A stretch of DNA of 64,000 nt, from the NCBI GenBank assembly GCA_013239625.1, contig MU056000.1, forward strand, positions 9,110,970 to 9,174,969, read 5' to 3'. The position numbers were made by a program, and so were the translations under genes. Under the pieces are notes generated by a model, which was not told the origin of the DNA, ran no database searches, and saw only the letters and a list, made by a program, of their open reading frames with translations. The DNA is from Lama guanicoe. Its lineage: Eukaryota. Positions 27,330 to 40,760 of the stretch are shown piece after piece (the stretch's first letter is position 1; every line of letters begins with the position of its first letter).

Positions 27330-28500
27330 TCCTTTAGCTTTCTAATGAATTATAACTTATATACAAAAATCGTACAAATTGAAGAGTACATCTCAGTGAA
27401 TTCTCGGCAAGTGACAATGGGTGGGCGACAGCAGCAGCCCGCCCCCGGTCCCTGGAGGCCTCCATTCTCATCCTGCTCGCATGTGGGAAACTGTACACCA
27501 AGTTCCAGTTACACAGATGAGTTTTGTCTGCTCATGGGCTTTATATAAACGGAAACTTACAGTGTGTTATGTGCTCGGTTCACTTTATTTTCTTAAAAAA
27601 TAGTTTGCGAGCTTCACCCACATGCCCGTGCATTATTACAGTCCATGCAGTGCCACTGCTCTCTTGGATTTGTTGTGTGAACCACCCCCAAACTTCTTTA
27701 CCCATTTCACTGTTGATGGACTTTTTAGCTATTTTCATCTGTGATAATTTTATGTAAAGCTGCTCTGAACATCCTTGAATACGATTCTTTTGAGCACGTG
27801 TTTGCACTGCTCTTGAGAGTTGCGGGAGGACGATAGCTGGGTCCTTGATCATGAATAATTCAGCTTTAGCAGATACTGCTCCACTGTTTTCAAAAGAGAT
27901 CGTAGCAATTTATATGCTCACTAGCTGAGCATTCTGGTGGCTTCACTTTCATGGTTAACACGTAGGATTGTATTCCTTTTTTTGTTTTAGTCATTTTGAT
28001 GTCTGCGTAGCGCTTTGTGTTGTGTTTTTAATTTGCATTTCTATGATGATTAATAAAGTTGAATAACTTTTCATATGGTTACTGCCCATTTGAATATACT
28101 CTTGTGAATTGCCTCAAGACTTTTGACCATTTTTCTACAGGATTTTCTGACTTTTTCTCATTGACTTGTGTTTTTATTATCTGGATGCAAGTCCTTAGAT
28201 ATATCTGCTGCAATATCTTCTTCCACTCGGAGCTTGTTTTCCTCCTTAATGATATCTTTTGACAAAAAGTAAATTTCCATCTTAATATAATGCAAAAAAA
28301 TAAAGCTTGAAACTTCTTTTTTCATCCTATTTTATAATTTGTGTTTTTCCTCCCCAAGGCAATGGAAACGCTTTCCTATGTGCTCTTCTAGCATCTTTGC
28401 TATTTTATATTTTTTATTTAGACATGCAATTCTAGGGTTGACTGTGTTGTATAGCATGAGGTAAGGGTTGATGCATTTTGGATATCTAAATGATTGATCA
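27330..28500 (-). mobile_element. L1ME-type 3' end / ORF2 fragment
   Basis: Antisense L1M motifs: 'cccatttcactgttgatggac', 'agatactgctccactgttttcaaaag', 'ttttaatttgcatttctatgatgattaataaagttgaa'. Confidence 0.8.
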
Positions 28501-28515
28501 AAAAGACAATCATTC

Positions 28516-28721
28516 TTGTATACTTGGAATTTGCTAAGAGGGTTGATCTTAAGTGTTCTCACCACACACAAAAAATAACACAACCATGTAAAGTAATGGA
28601 TATGTTAAGTAGCTGGATTGTGGTAATGAATTCATGATGTGTGCATATGTAAAAACAGTGCATTGAGCCTTAACATTCGATTTTTGTCACTTATATCTTA
28701 ATAAAGCTAGGGGTGGGGAAG
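28516..28721 (+). mobile_element. L1MA8/9-like 3' end inserted into the L1ME
   Basis: 'tgtatacttggaatttgctaagagggttgatcttaagtgttctcaccac...aataaagct'. TSD aaaagacaatcattc (28501-28515) / aaaagacactctttc (28722-28736), 13/15 match. Confidence 0.85.
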
Positions 28722-28762
28722 AAAAGACACTCTTTCACTATTTCAAATTTAATTTTGCACTG

Positions 28763-29131
28763 TGTCATAGTCAGTTTGGGCTGCCATAACAGACTACCAA
28801 AGACAAGGTAGCTTATAAACATTAGACATTTATTTCTCACAGTTCTGGAGGCTGGAAGTTTGAGATCAAGGTGCCAGCATAATGGGGTTCTGGTGAGAGC
28901 CTCTTTCTGGTTCAGTCAGAAGACTGGCTTCCCCGTGTGTCCTCATGTGGCAGAAAAAGAGTGAGAATGCCTTTCGGGGTCTCTTTTATGAGGACACTAA
29001 TCCCATTCATGAGGGCACCAACCTCAGGACATAAATGACCTCTGAAAATTCTCTTCTCTAAAACCATCACATTGAAAGTTAGAATTTCAACATTCAGATC
29101 TCTGGGAGACATAAACATTCAGCCCATCACA
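28763..29131 (-). mobile_element. MLT1A/MLT1A0 MaLR solo LTR, about full length
   Basis: 'tgtcatagtcagtttgggctgccataaca...tttatttctcacagttctggaggctggaagtttgagatcaaggtgccagca...cataaacattcagcccatcaca'. Confidence 0.9.
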
Positions 29132-30344
29132 CCCTTATTGTGTTTTCATGAATATACTGTGTGGAAGGAACTCTACCCCTGTTTTCTACTTATTTATTGC
29201 CATTTTATTTAATACATATTTCACCTTCTTTTAAAGTGGATTTCCACCATAACTAGAACAGGGCTTCATGTGAAATAAAGAAATCTGAGTTATTGATTGC
29301 AATTGATAGAAAAAAATACAGAGATTTTCACTTGATTACAGTATTGGGAAGTCCCTAAAAATAGAGACAAAATTGATAAAATGTAAATTAAACAGAATAC
29401 TATAAAAAGAGCAGTTATAAAAAGGGTCATAGAGATAATATAAAAATGTAAAAGGTAATAATCCTTCAGAAAGAACTTAGGTAAAAAATATGTCACATTT
29501 TTGAGGAAATATATGGATAATTTCCCATATTATAGAGATATTACTTCTATCTAGAAACTTTTGATATGCATTAATATAATAAAGTTACTAAAAATTACCA
29601 TCATGGCCATCGCAGCAGCAGCAATATATTGAATAATATTTTGTAAGCATTTGTTGTAAGACAGCCACAAGGATTAGGATGGCTCTGCCAACTTACAGCT
29701 TAATTAAAATACTTAGTTTTGAGAAAATTCATTTATAAACCAGACTGAGCCAATTAAATAAATGTGGAGAGGTGTATGTCTGCATATATTCATAAATACG
29801 TGAAATATTAACTTATTTTCCACGTAGATCAAAATATGCATGTCTAGAAAGATATAGATAAGAATATAGACAGAGGTGCTAGGTGCACACTTGTGTCTAC
29901 AGAAAGAAATGCAGGAGTGAAGAAAAGAAAAAAGAAAGAATGAAAGGAGAGAGCAGGAAGAAAAGGAAAAAACAAAGAAATAACTGTACATATGCACCTG
30001 CAGAGTTGTCTGTAAGGAGCAGGAGCTGCATAATAATATTTCATTTGTGATTAAATTTGGGGTTTCATTGTGGTTATCTTTATTATATAACTATGTTTTA
30101 ATGTATTTCTCATATTTATAAATTATGCTTTAAATCAGAAAACCTTTTTGGAAGTATATGATGCCTTCTGTAACATAAGGAGGTGTTCATACAGCATTAA
30201 GAATAAAATAGTTTTAATCCCCAAATCATTATAGGTGATAAAATAGAAATATGTCTGACATGTTTTAGACACATTATTCTGGCATGTAAAATTCTAACTT
30301 TAATAAGAGCTCTCTATATTTTGGTTCCTACTCTGCCTGGTTCC

Positions 30345-30460
30345 CATGATAGCTCTGTTTTAGACGGGAGAATGCTGAGGGTCATAGAGATTTAGATAAT
30401 ACAATTCAAACTTGGCAGAAGCTCTACCCAAGTCATCGTGTTCCTACTCTAGACCTTTGT
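30345..30460 (-). mobile_element. MIR-like fragment
   Basis: 'tgttttagacgggagaatgctgagggtcatagagattt' resembles the MIR core. Confidence 0.4.
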
Positions 30461-33400
30461 ATTTGGGAAAGGTTGAAGGTTAAACATTTTAGAAAGTCTT
30501 AATAGAGGAACTGACTGAGTCAATATATTATGAACCACAATTTCTCATGGTCACTTTGTTTATTAGCCAGAAAATGGCAATTAAAACTGATTTTTATCTT
30601 TTATCTACTCTGGTACCAGATTGTTAACTAACCAAACTCTCCCTAAAGACAGTCTAACTGAACAGCTGTAAGTTCCACGGAATTTAGAAGGTGAATAATG
30701 TAGATAGAGAGAGACTCAGACTTAATCTTGTTATGCTCATAATCAGAGTCTTCTATGGCTGGCTAAGGTCAAAACTCAGAGAGAGAGAGAAACACATATA
30801 GTCATAAGACTCAATCTAAAGTATTTTTAATATATGGAGAAAAAGAATGAATGATGCGACCACACTTTCCAGGAAAATACGTTCCCTGGTGTGGAAAAAC
30901 AAAGCAATGAATTAGACATTCTTTTAGTTCATGGAGAAGTGTGCTGACAAAAGAACGGAAAGGCAGAAAGGCTAATCTATACTAAGAGCAAATAAGCTTT
31001 CCAGCAGAAATGAATTGCTATCCTTCCAATATGAAGGAGCCCAACGTGATTGATCGGCCACCAGAAGGCTGGCTAGTCCTCTGAAGCACGATGCCCTGCT
31101 CAGGGGTCGGGGTCAGTCTCTGCTGTGTGTGGACAGGTCAGCTGTTGCTGTCTCCATGCGTTACCTGCATATCTGCCTTCTCAGCCACTGCATGTGTGTT
31201 TTCAGGCAAAAACAGAGTGACTCTGGGGATAAGACTACCTTATCCCCAGAGAATAGGTCATTTTGAATTTCTAATTATGGAGAACATTTATGGAAATAAA
31301 CACCATAATGAAACTGACACAGGACAAAAATGCCCTCTTACCTTCACTCATGCTGAGACGCTCATCCACACACATTATTCCCAGGCTTCCGTGTTACCAG
31401 TGTCCTTTGTCTTGTCCTTTCTTGAGCCCAGATTATTGAACCAACTAGTGCCAGAAACGACTGCTGCCACCTCTCCTTTGAGGCAAAGTGAATAATCAGA
31501 TGCGCAATTTATAATGGACGCAGCTGAGGTTGTTTTCCTCACCGAACATCTGGGAAGTGCTTGTATGAAGCTGTTACACTGCAGCCTTCCAATTTGGGGT
31601 GATATTTGCGTCAGTAAACCAGCCACATGGTTTTCTTCTGTTTCGTCAACGCACTGACAATAGGGAACTCTCCTAAGGCCAGGAGTGAGGGTTAAAGGAG
31701 AGATATCAACAGAGTAGCTCTCAAAGTCATGGGAGTCCAACTCCCTTGCACTTGCTACTTCCTTTTGCCTCCAGAACTTACTCAAAAGCTACGCCACACA
31801 TGCCGATTTCACTTAAGGATGGAATTTTTCTGGGACCACCCACCTGGATAGCTAGGTCAGTCAAATCGTATCTAGGTAATAATAGAGAGCTCAGATCTCA
31901 GGATTTCTCATGGTAATGCCTCAGATGTATACAGCAAGACAGAAAATGTCTTTGCTTTTTGTTGTATTTGCCCCAAAACATGAATAGTTAACTACAAAAG
32001 TAGCCTTTTCCTTATCCAAAATCTTAGGCATCTCTGCCATAATTCTCCTAGGGCAGTCTTCCAGAGCTTCATACTTTCCTGCTCCATAAGTCTGTTGAAG
32101 AATCTTTTCCTCCTCTTGGCCTCACTCAAAAAGGCAACCTTATGGGTAACTTGGAAAACGAAACAGAACAACAAACAAGAACTTTTGAAGTATGCCCAAA
32201 TGTGATCTATTCCTCCAGAATTCAGAGAGACTCATTAGGATTTGTACCTCTTTTAGTGGTCGGATAGTATTTGTACTTCACCTTGAAGTCTCAAGACATT
32301 TCAGAGCTTATGATCCCTAAAACATGATCCAGGTGGGGCATTCCTTGACGTCACATGTTTATTCTACTGACTGGCACATAAACGTTATTCCAATGTATCT
32401 AGAGTATGTTTGTTCTACTTCCTGTTCATGAAGTCCAACAGAATGATACCATTCATACAGAGGACTGCAGTGATACCATATGTAGTAAGATAATCAAAAC
32501 TCCTGCAAACCAGATTACTACAGAGGGTTCAAGACTTGGTTTATCCTTGATGTAAGAAAGATTACTGCTGTGTCTGTTAGGTTAAGTCAAACGTTCGTTT
32601 GTGGTCTTTGCTAACAAATGTAGAGAAAAATAAGGCCCTCGGAAGGCATGCAAGTATCAAACTCTCTTTTGATTTGCTTCAGAAGAAGATCACATCATGA
32701 ACAATATTTACAATTATGGCCAATAATGATTGGGTTTATAATAGTCTACTCTCATTTCCTAGAGTTTATCGAATATGTTCGTCAAATTGTGATGTGATAG
32801 TCATTTTCAGCCTTGCATTTTCCAAGTATCTGACAACGTGCAAACTCTGTAATTCCTCTAAAAGTGATACGGGTTTCAGTTTACTATTTTAATAAGAGCC
32901 TGGTCTGCTATTTGTCCTTTCTGCCATGACAACTGTAACTCCCTGGGTGAAAAAACAGTATGAGATCTATGCTATAATGTTGAAAGTGTTTTGTTTTAAC
33001 CATAGATACGAGAATTGAGGGAATGAGTGAGCTTGATACCAGATTCACTGGGCCAACTCCTACTTGGGCAAAAAGACTGTTTGTCACCTGATTTATATAG
33101 GCTCCTATGCTGACTGCTGGGGTGCAGTTGTGTTGGTCCAGCTAACTAAAAACAATAAAAGTAGAGAGAGGGGACAAGTTTTACATATATATGGTGGAGA
33201 GATTCACATCTGAGTTTTCTCTTCTCTTTTTGCTGCAAGACGTCAAGCTGTGATTGAATCTGCCCCTGTTCTGGGGGCACCGTTTTGAGAAGCTGTGTTT
33301 TGGCGTTATCTAGCCTTGTAATACCCTCCTGATCGCTCAGGAAGATGGGTGAGACTCACAGGATGAGTCTAGTCTAACTATTAATAGAGCTTCCTCTGCT

Positions 33401-36400
33401 GTTCAAGCTGGGAGTGGAGGTGAAATGGGGGAAGGTGAAATCTGGAGCTTAAATGACTGACAAGAGAGAAATATTGTCACAGATTATAACTAAGAAATTA
33501 TAACCAATAAAAAAACATACTTAGGAACCCTCAAAATAAGTACTGGGGGGTTAGGAAGAACTTAAAGCCATTGAGGCCCTGAAATCCTGCTTTGGTGGAG
33601 TGGGGAACTGAGTTTTCTTTCACTATCATAAAAAATAATATAGAAACATGCCCCCACAGGGGAAGCAGCTCAGAGTTGTCACCCATGACTCTGCCACCAG
33701 TAGCCTGGTCATAGATCGAATGTGCTGGCTGTCACTTCCCTCCATGTAGTGGCAGTGTGTGTCCCTGAATGTTTACTAAAATTTAAGTTACTTAAATTCA
33801 CTAACTTCACAAATGTTTGTAATTAATTCCAACTAGTTTATTAAAGATACATGCAAGTGCCTGGGGAAGGAAGTGCATGGGGGTATGTGTTGGTGATTAT
33901 GTTTGGCTAATTTTATAGTCAGTTTGCAAGTCCAAGAATTTCCAGACTTCCATGTTCAGTGTTCCATGTCGTATGGTGATCTGTGGACTCCCCAGATATG
34001 TGAAATACAAAATGATTGATTAATTATCCAGCTCAGCCATTATCAAATCTATACTTGTATACAGTGTTCAGTTATGTGTGTGTGTCTGTACACATCGCTT
34101 TACCCAAGATGCCTTTATCTACAAATTAAGAGTCAACCCATCTCAAACACACTTTTTTTTTGTCTATTTATCTTTCACAGCTATCTACAAGGAACAATTC
34201 AAATCCTGAGTCTAACCTTCCTATTTATTTTTCTCAAGGCTGTCTCGCAAATTATCTACACCCCTTTGTCACTTTTTTTGTCGACTTTTTAATTTTATCC
34301 CATTCTCACCTTTTTCCGTGTATTCCCAACGGCTGCATGAGAACTTCCGTGCATGCCTACTGGTACCACATTTCTATGGGATAAAAGAAACACAAATAAA
34401 TATTGGAAAACAATCTGTGACAAGGGAATTCCCTGAGTGTTAAGGATTATTGTGTAAGATTTTTCGAGTAGAATCATTTTTTAATTAATTGGAACAGAAG
34501 TTAAAATGTCTAATTATACAAAGTAAATACAAAATGCAAACAAGACTAAGTGATGAAATCATTGACAATGTGAGTATACTTACTATTCAGCTGTGGGATT
34601 TTCAAGTATGTATCTATCAAAGTGCATCAAATTATGCATCTGAAATACGTGTAGTTTATTGTACAGGAACCATGCCACAATAAAGTTTTTGTTTGTTTGC
34701 TTTTTAAGATTGGATTTAGACGAGGAACATAGCTAAATTCAGGTTAGATTGAGACTTGAGGACCGTTTTGTTTTTTGCTGTCAGTTACCTGAGTATGAGA
34801 ATTAGCAATCGGGAAAAGGAAAGACAGGGCACTAACCTCTTAAGTTAGTCTAGTTAGAAGTCACCTGCTTTGTGAAAGAACGTCAGGTTTGCTTGCAGTG
34901 GGCCTCAGAGAATTCCAGCTGCTTAGTTAGTGTTTTTAATTGATGCAAACCTCAATTAAAATTTTCTAACTCTAATTAGGTTGAAGATTACAAAGTCAAA
35001 GGGAGTAGGCTCTTTGAGACTGGACTTCATAATAGTGAATCTTACTATCGATATGAGTGCCAGTAGATTACATTTTAAAATCCTGTAACAAAACAATAAA
35101 GTTCAGTTTTTACAGACCAAACCATCACTTCATCTAAAGAGTTGCCTCAAATTTTTTTTTTAGGAAAAACTATATGCAGACACTTACCAAATACCTCAGA
35201 GCATGTTTATTTCCCTTCAGCTTCAGTGTCAGCAGGCTAGCAGGATTATAGTACAGCAGATGTGGCATGAAACACTGATTTTCGGTGATACATTCTGCAA
35301 CTTAATTTATAGTTCATTATCTTTTCTGCAACAAAACTCCATTTGGGTGAGTCCCCAAAGGGAATAAAAATATTTTATCAGTTTCTTGTCCCTGACGAGC
35401 TTGCTCTGAAACTACGAGGTGATATTTTTACCTTTAACATAATTTATCTCCAATAAACATAATCAGATGTCTCTTTTCTGATTCTCCTACTAAAAAGACA
35501 CTTTATCTTTTAGACTATAATCAACTTATTCTTGAGCAATTCTCCTGTGTTTAAACCAGATAATTAATATATGATATTTTAAGTTTAAAAAGTATTAAAT
35601 TTTGCAAAGCATTTACCTTTATTTTTATGGTAAACATTGATATGTATGGTTGACTGTTTTAGTTAGAATTTTAAATTAAAGTGCTTATTTTTCATGACAG
35701 AAAATAGAGTCTATTCCAAAGTATATAGTATGAAATTGTCGAAATGATTTTACTTCTTTTTTTTTTTCCTATCAGTGGCTTCTCTCTTTTCTTTTGTATT
35801 ATTACTAGAATGATGCAGCACAAAATCAATAACCAATTGTCATGCTGTGGTCATGACATTCAGCGTTTAATTTCCTATATATTTTTTACTTCTTTTAACA
35901 AATATCACACACAAAAAAACACTGGAAAATATCTATGAATCAAAATATAATCTAAAACTGAGACAGACCTAATATTGACACCAAATATCTGTAATCACCT
36001 CTTACCTGGTTTTTCTCTATTTTAGCTTTCACTAATATTCAACACATTGAAAACAGAAGACCTTTCTAAAACAGACAAAATAATTTTACTTTCTGTAAGT
36101 AAAAATCTTAAGTGAACATTAGTTGCTCTGTTGGTAATAAATCAAGTCTCTCATGAAGACATACCCCATCCCACAGAAGTTAGATCAGACTCCCCTTACA
36201 AGCTCATCTCTCTTCACTGAACTCTTGTGTATTCATTTATCTCCACTTTTCCCATGTTACCCACATATTTTCCTGTTTGATTATCACAGCAACTTTGTGT
36301 TAAGTATTATACTACTCTCCATTGAAAGACAAAGCATTATTAGGTCAACCTTTGAGTGACATGTCCAAAAAGATCACACCACTAAGAAATTATAACATCG

Positions 36401-36789
36401 GGATTCTATTACCTTCTCGGTCGCTGAAGAAGCAGTTCCTTTATGTTCTAGATATCAACATAAGTCGTCTCTGCCGAGGTAGCATAGCAAGTGTTCAGGG
36501 CACCTTAGGCTTCATAAGTCAAACAGATTTTGATACTTTCTTTCCAGCATGTAACTCAGGGTTTCTTGAGCTCAGATACTGCATACAAATCAGTAATCTC
36601 AGTTCTTTTAGACATGAACTTCATCCTTGGCTATTCTAGAATTACATCTCACTGAGATCACTGGTAGACACAGCCATGGAAAAATAATCATTTGATGTAT
36701 GCAGTTGTAGAAGCGATTTTATAGTATTATTTTTCCCTTTAAAAAAGTCATTTATATTTTATCTTTTCTACAATTCATATGCCGTTAGG

Positions 36790-36950
36790 TATCTCTCTCT
36801 CCCTTTCACTGTCTCTTTTTCTTTTTCCTTCCTTTCCTCCTCCCTCCCTCCTTTCTTTCTTATCTCTTTCTCTCTCCATTTTTCCCTTTCTTCCTTCTTT
36901 CTTTTTTCTTCTTTCTATCCCTTTTTTCCCTTTATTTTTCAATTTTTTCA
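36790..36950 (+). repeat. Low-complexity polypyrimidine (CT-rich) tract
   Basis: Directly visible; source of spurious ORFs 36775-36957 and 36779-36976. Confidence 0.85.
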
Positions 36951-37039
36951 TATACATATATACATACTTTTCATAATAGCTTCAATTATCATAACAGTTT
37001 TAAAAGTTAAATATCCAGTGTTATCTAAAAGATATTTAA

Positions 37040-37205
37040 CAGGGCTTGATCCAAATTTTCTACCAGCTTAGCTGTAAGATTTTGGGTAACTCAACCTCTT
37101 CAGGTAATTTTTTTTTTTAATATTACACTTTTTTTTAAATAAAGAGAAGAATTAAGTTAGATATGTGGGTTTGTGGTCAGTTCTAGCTGTAAAGTTATAT
37201 GATTG
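37040..37205 (+). mobile_element. MIR/MIR3 fragment
   Basis: 'agctgtaagattttgggtaactcaacctct...ggtcagttctagctgtaaagttatatgatt'. Confidence 0.55.
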
Positions 37206-38926
37206 TAATTTGTATTTTTTAAAATAGATCTTATGTATTTTTTAAAATAGCTAAAAATAGCTATTCTTTTTTCTGGCAATGTCCCTACCAATTGGCATTT
37301 TAAGAAAGCATTTATACCTCTAGGTAACTGGATTACTCAGTATTGTTGAAAGACTTTTAAATTAAAGGATTCATTATATTCTCAGAGCATGTACTTAGAA
37401 TGCAGAGAAATCACACTCTTGGTTACTCTCAGAGTGTATTCTGCCATTCTTTTCCTAATGTTAGACTTACTTCATTACAGTTGTAGTAGTCACAAGTAAC
37501 AATCATAATATTGTCTTTCTAATTCCTGCTTGTTGTTTTATTCCTACAGATTTTGATATTTGCTTTGGGTTTTCTAATTTGTCTTTCTTTAGTGGTGTAG
37601 ACTATTTTTTAAGAGAAGATTCTCCTTCCCATCCAATTCTATTGTCAGGACGTTATTTCCTTTCCGCCCACCTGCAGGAAGTAGATGTGCTTTGCCCAAG
37701 ACTAGGTCAGAATGTGCTTTCCTTCCCATCTTCCCTCCCTCTGACTACCTATCTTCTCTTCTCTCCCTCGAGTTAAGGTCACTAAGACATGAGCTGCTGG
37801 AACTGAATTCAATTCAGGGGAAAAAAGATAGGAAATTCACCCTCTTTTCTGGTCCAATCAGTATTTTCTAGTCTGTTGTACTGGTAATAAAGGTATTATT
37901 TGTTGATATCTTTCTAATGTCCTCTACTTCTCAATTGGTTTAAAATCTAGAAGGGAAGACAGTTTGACACATTCACTTCATCAGGTCACAGCGAATCTCA
38001 GCACAACACCCAATGCTCTTGTGAGCCAAGAGCTTTTTCAAAGGATTTAATGTTTAAGAGGCTTAAATTCCTTAAAAGATTACAAGTGCCCTGAATAAGC
38101 CATTATTTATTAAAACGTCTTTCTAAGCCCAGCATGATTCTTTCAGGGTCTTGTTTCTCATAAATGTTCAAATCATATTGGTGAAATAATTAAATTTAGA
38201 GAAATAACAAATATTGATAAAAATACAGCATATTCTGTAATTTACTTGGCAAAAGAAAGCTAATGTATGGTGTTTCTGTTTTGGAAGAGATCTAAAATAG
38301 TATTGTGATTATTATACATATATTATTTAAATGCTGTTTCCAAGTTAATATGATATTTTAGTTTTAGTTTAGAACACATGTTATGTCATCATCATCTTTG
38401 CATCACCCATCACATAGATGGTGCACTGAACACTATAGGAACTTAATAAACAATGGCTGGAATACAGATACTTTTATTTACAAGAGGACTGTGCAAAGTA
38501 AACTGAATTGGGTATACATTAATTTTCTTCTGTAGTTCATTAAAAAAACATGGGTAGAATATAGACTCCACTTAACCTTTAAGAATTCTGGCTGGAAGCA
38601 AATTTTTATCTCTCTCAGTCAACAAAATTCCACAAAGGGAACAAGGTTGTTCAATATTTAGATACTTTCTTGTGCTTTAGTTACACAAACAAAAGACCAA
38701 TAGCTGTTTATAAATCTCTTTAGCATTAAATTCTGGCTTAAGGAAATCAAATTTCCAACACAGAGAACTCCATCCCTGGGAGGTCACTTAATCCAATAGG
38801 AATTTGGCGATAGTAATTGACTTCAAGAGTAAGTCCTCACTACGTGCTCATTGACCCTGGAAAATGTTACAAGAACACGCACTAATGAGGAATTTATCTG
38901 GTGAGCAATTAGAACAGAACACTTTT

Positions 38927-39008
38927 GTGGGAGGGCAATAGCTCAGTGGTGGTACATGCTTAGCATGCTAGAGGACCTAGGTTCAGTCCCCTGTACCTCC
39001 ATAAAAAG
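38927..39008 (+). mobile_element. tRNA-Ala(AGC)-derived SINE (camelid vic-1-like) with TSD
   Basis: 'gggagggcaatagctcagtggtggtacatgcttagcatgctagaggacctaggttcagtcccctgtacctcca' plus a short A tail. TSD cagaacacttt (38915-38925) / cagaacacatt (39009-39019). Confidence 0.87.
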
Positions 39009-40199
39009 CAGAACACATTAGAATCTTGAAATGACTCCCCTCTGTTATATAAAATAAGAGGACCACATCTTTTGGAGATTGTTGGGTAGTAGGTTCTTAT
39101 AATCTTATTTTCTGAGATATTATTAAATGTCATTTACTTCTCTCTAAAAGAATCATCATGACTGGTTATCATCAGCGGCTCAATACAGCACTTAAAAGAT
39201 CTCCCCACACCCATTTCTATATAGCTCATTATTCATAATCATGAGGCTCTGTATTAACACTTATATTCGCTGTTTTGATATTTCCATATTCAATGAGATG
39301 TCCATCATTTAACAGGCAGCCATGACTTTACCCAGATGGCAGGTGCCAGTCACATCAAGGTCACCAGATTGTAAGCAAAATCAGATGAACATATGGAAGT
39401 TGATTTCCAAATAGTTTCCAGCCCTGCGTGCAGAGATTTAATATTTATTCTTATTTGGTAGAATAGCTCAAGGGGAAAAATATAACATGTCTGAAAAACA
39501 GTTTCATGTTTTTGAAATTATATTGCTTTCAGTAATTTTAATAACTCAATAGATGTATTCCATGCACATTTATTTTTTTCAAGAAAATACTTGCAAGAAG
39601 ATTACGCCAGAAAAGAATATAAAAAGAAATCTGTGTTTATGATAAATTGAGGTCACTTATTTACTTGTCTTTTTGTTACGTGGAGAAGAGAGAAAAAAGT
39701 TTTAAGACAACAAAATGAATAATGTAACATGTTTCTATGACTACAAGAACAGACATATCGAATAGATCCCGTTGTTAAGACATTTGACAAAGTAATAAGC
39801 AAAGAAGGAAAATTCGCATCTTAGGTACAAAAAAGTTTATGTTAACAATATAAACAGTGCACATTCTGAACACTTATGATTTCATTTTGAATAAGGTAAC
39901 ATTCTAAGCACTGGTAGTAGCTACTCATAAAGAATTTTCTGCTTCATTTCATTTTTAAACAATGTATACAAAGGTGTTTAAAGTGAGTATTACAGAAAAA
40001 AGTCCTCCTCCTGGAACTCAGATTGACACTTTTATGATCGCTAAGAGTGCTGTGTTGTGACAACCTATTTCCGTAGGATGGACATGAATGAAATATATTT
40101 TTTCTTTTATTATGATTAATGTAAGACACTAAACTTCTTCACAAGATTGGAAATATTTTCTTCTCAAGATAATCTGAAAGGTGAGGGCAGACTTATGAA

Positions 40200-40300
40200 G
40201 TGGGGGGAAAAAAGCAGTGTGTTTGGGATGAAAAGATCAGAGTTTGAGTCCTGAATCTCCCCTTTCATTGAATCCGCTCCCTTATCTGGGAAATGAATGA
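40200..40300 (+). mobile_element. MIR fragment
   Basis: 'aaagcagtgtgtttggg...agatcagagtttgagtcctgaatctcc'. Confidence 0.5.
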
Positions 40301-40619
40301 GCTGGTCTGAAAGAACGATTTCTCTTCCAACGACAAGTGAATATGTTCCAGACACCAAGCTGAATCTTCTGTTTTAGAAGTTGCTCAGATTCCATGGAGA
40401 CCATCTAGACAAGCCAAAGCCTTGTTTCTCCAACTTTCAAGAAGGACCTGATCAACCTGCACTGTCCACCCTTATTTTATCATCCTCTGAACTCAGCATT
40501 AGACTAGAACAGAATGTGGTTAGTCATCATGTTCAGAAAGGCTTTTTCATCCTGGGAGTGTGAGACAGCACATAGACTGTCTAATCTGTGGGGCTAAGCC
40601 CTCCCTCCCATGATTATTC

Positions 40620-40760
40620 CTAACAGAAAACGCATCATACTGTGTGATAATTAAACATTTACTTATCTGTCTTTCCTTACTAGACCGCAGATGTCATGAA
40701 AATATCGTGGAAAAGACAAAGGTTTCATTTTTACCGCTGAATCCTGAGTACCCCACACAA
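40620..40760 (+). mobile_element. L2 3' fragment
   Basis: 'tttacttatctgtctttccttactagac...tcatga...accgctgaatcctgagtacc'. Confidence 0.55.

Noticed and set aside
31091..31785. Longest ORFs (134 and 136 aa) as genes
   Set aside because: No recognisable domain or homology and no clear exon structure; such lengths occur by chance in GC-richer DNA.
36775..36976. Lys/Arg/Glu-rich and Phe/Leu/Ser-rich ORFs
   Set aside because: Translations of a low-complexity polypyrimidine tract.
38927..39008. Functional tRNA-Ala gene
   Set aside because: Disrupted D arm and B box, plus an A tail and TSD, indicate a retroposed SINE copy.
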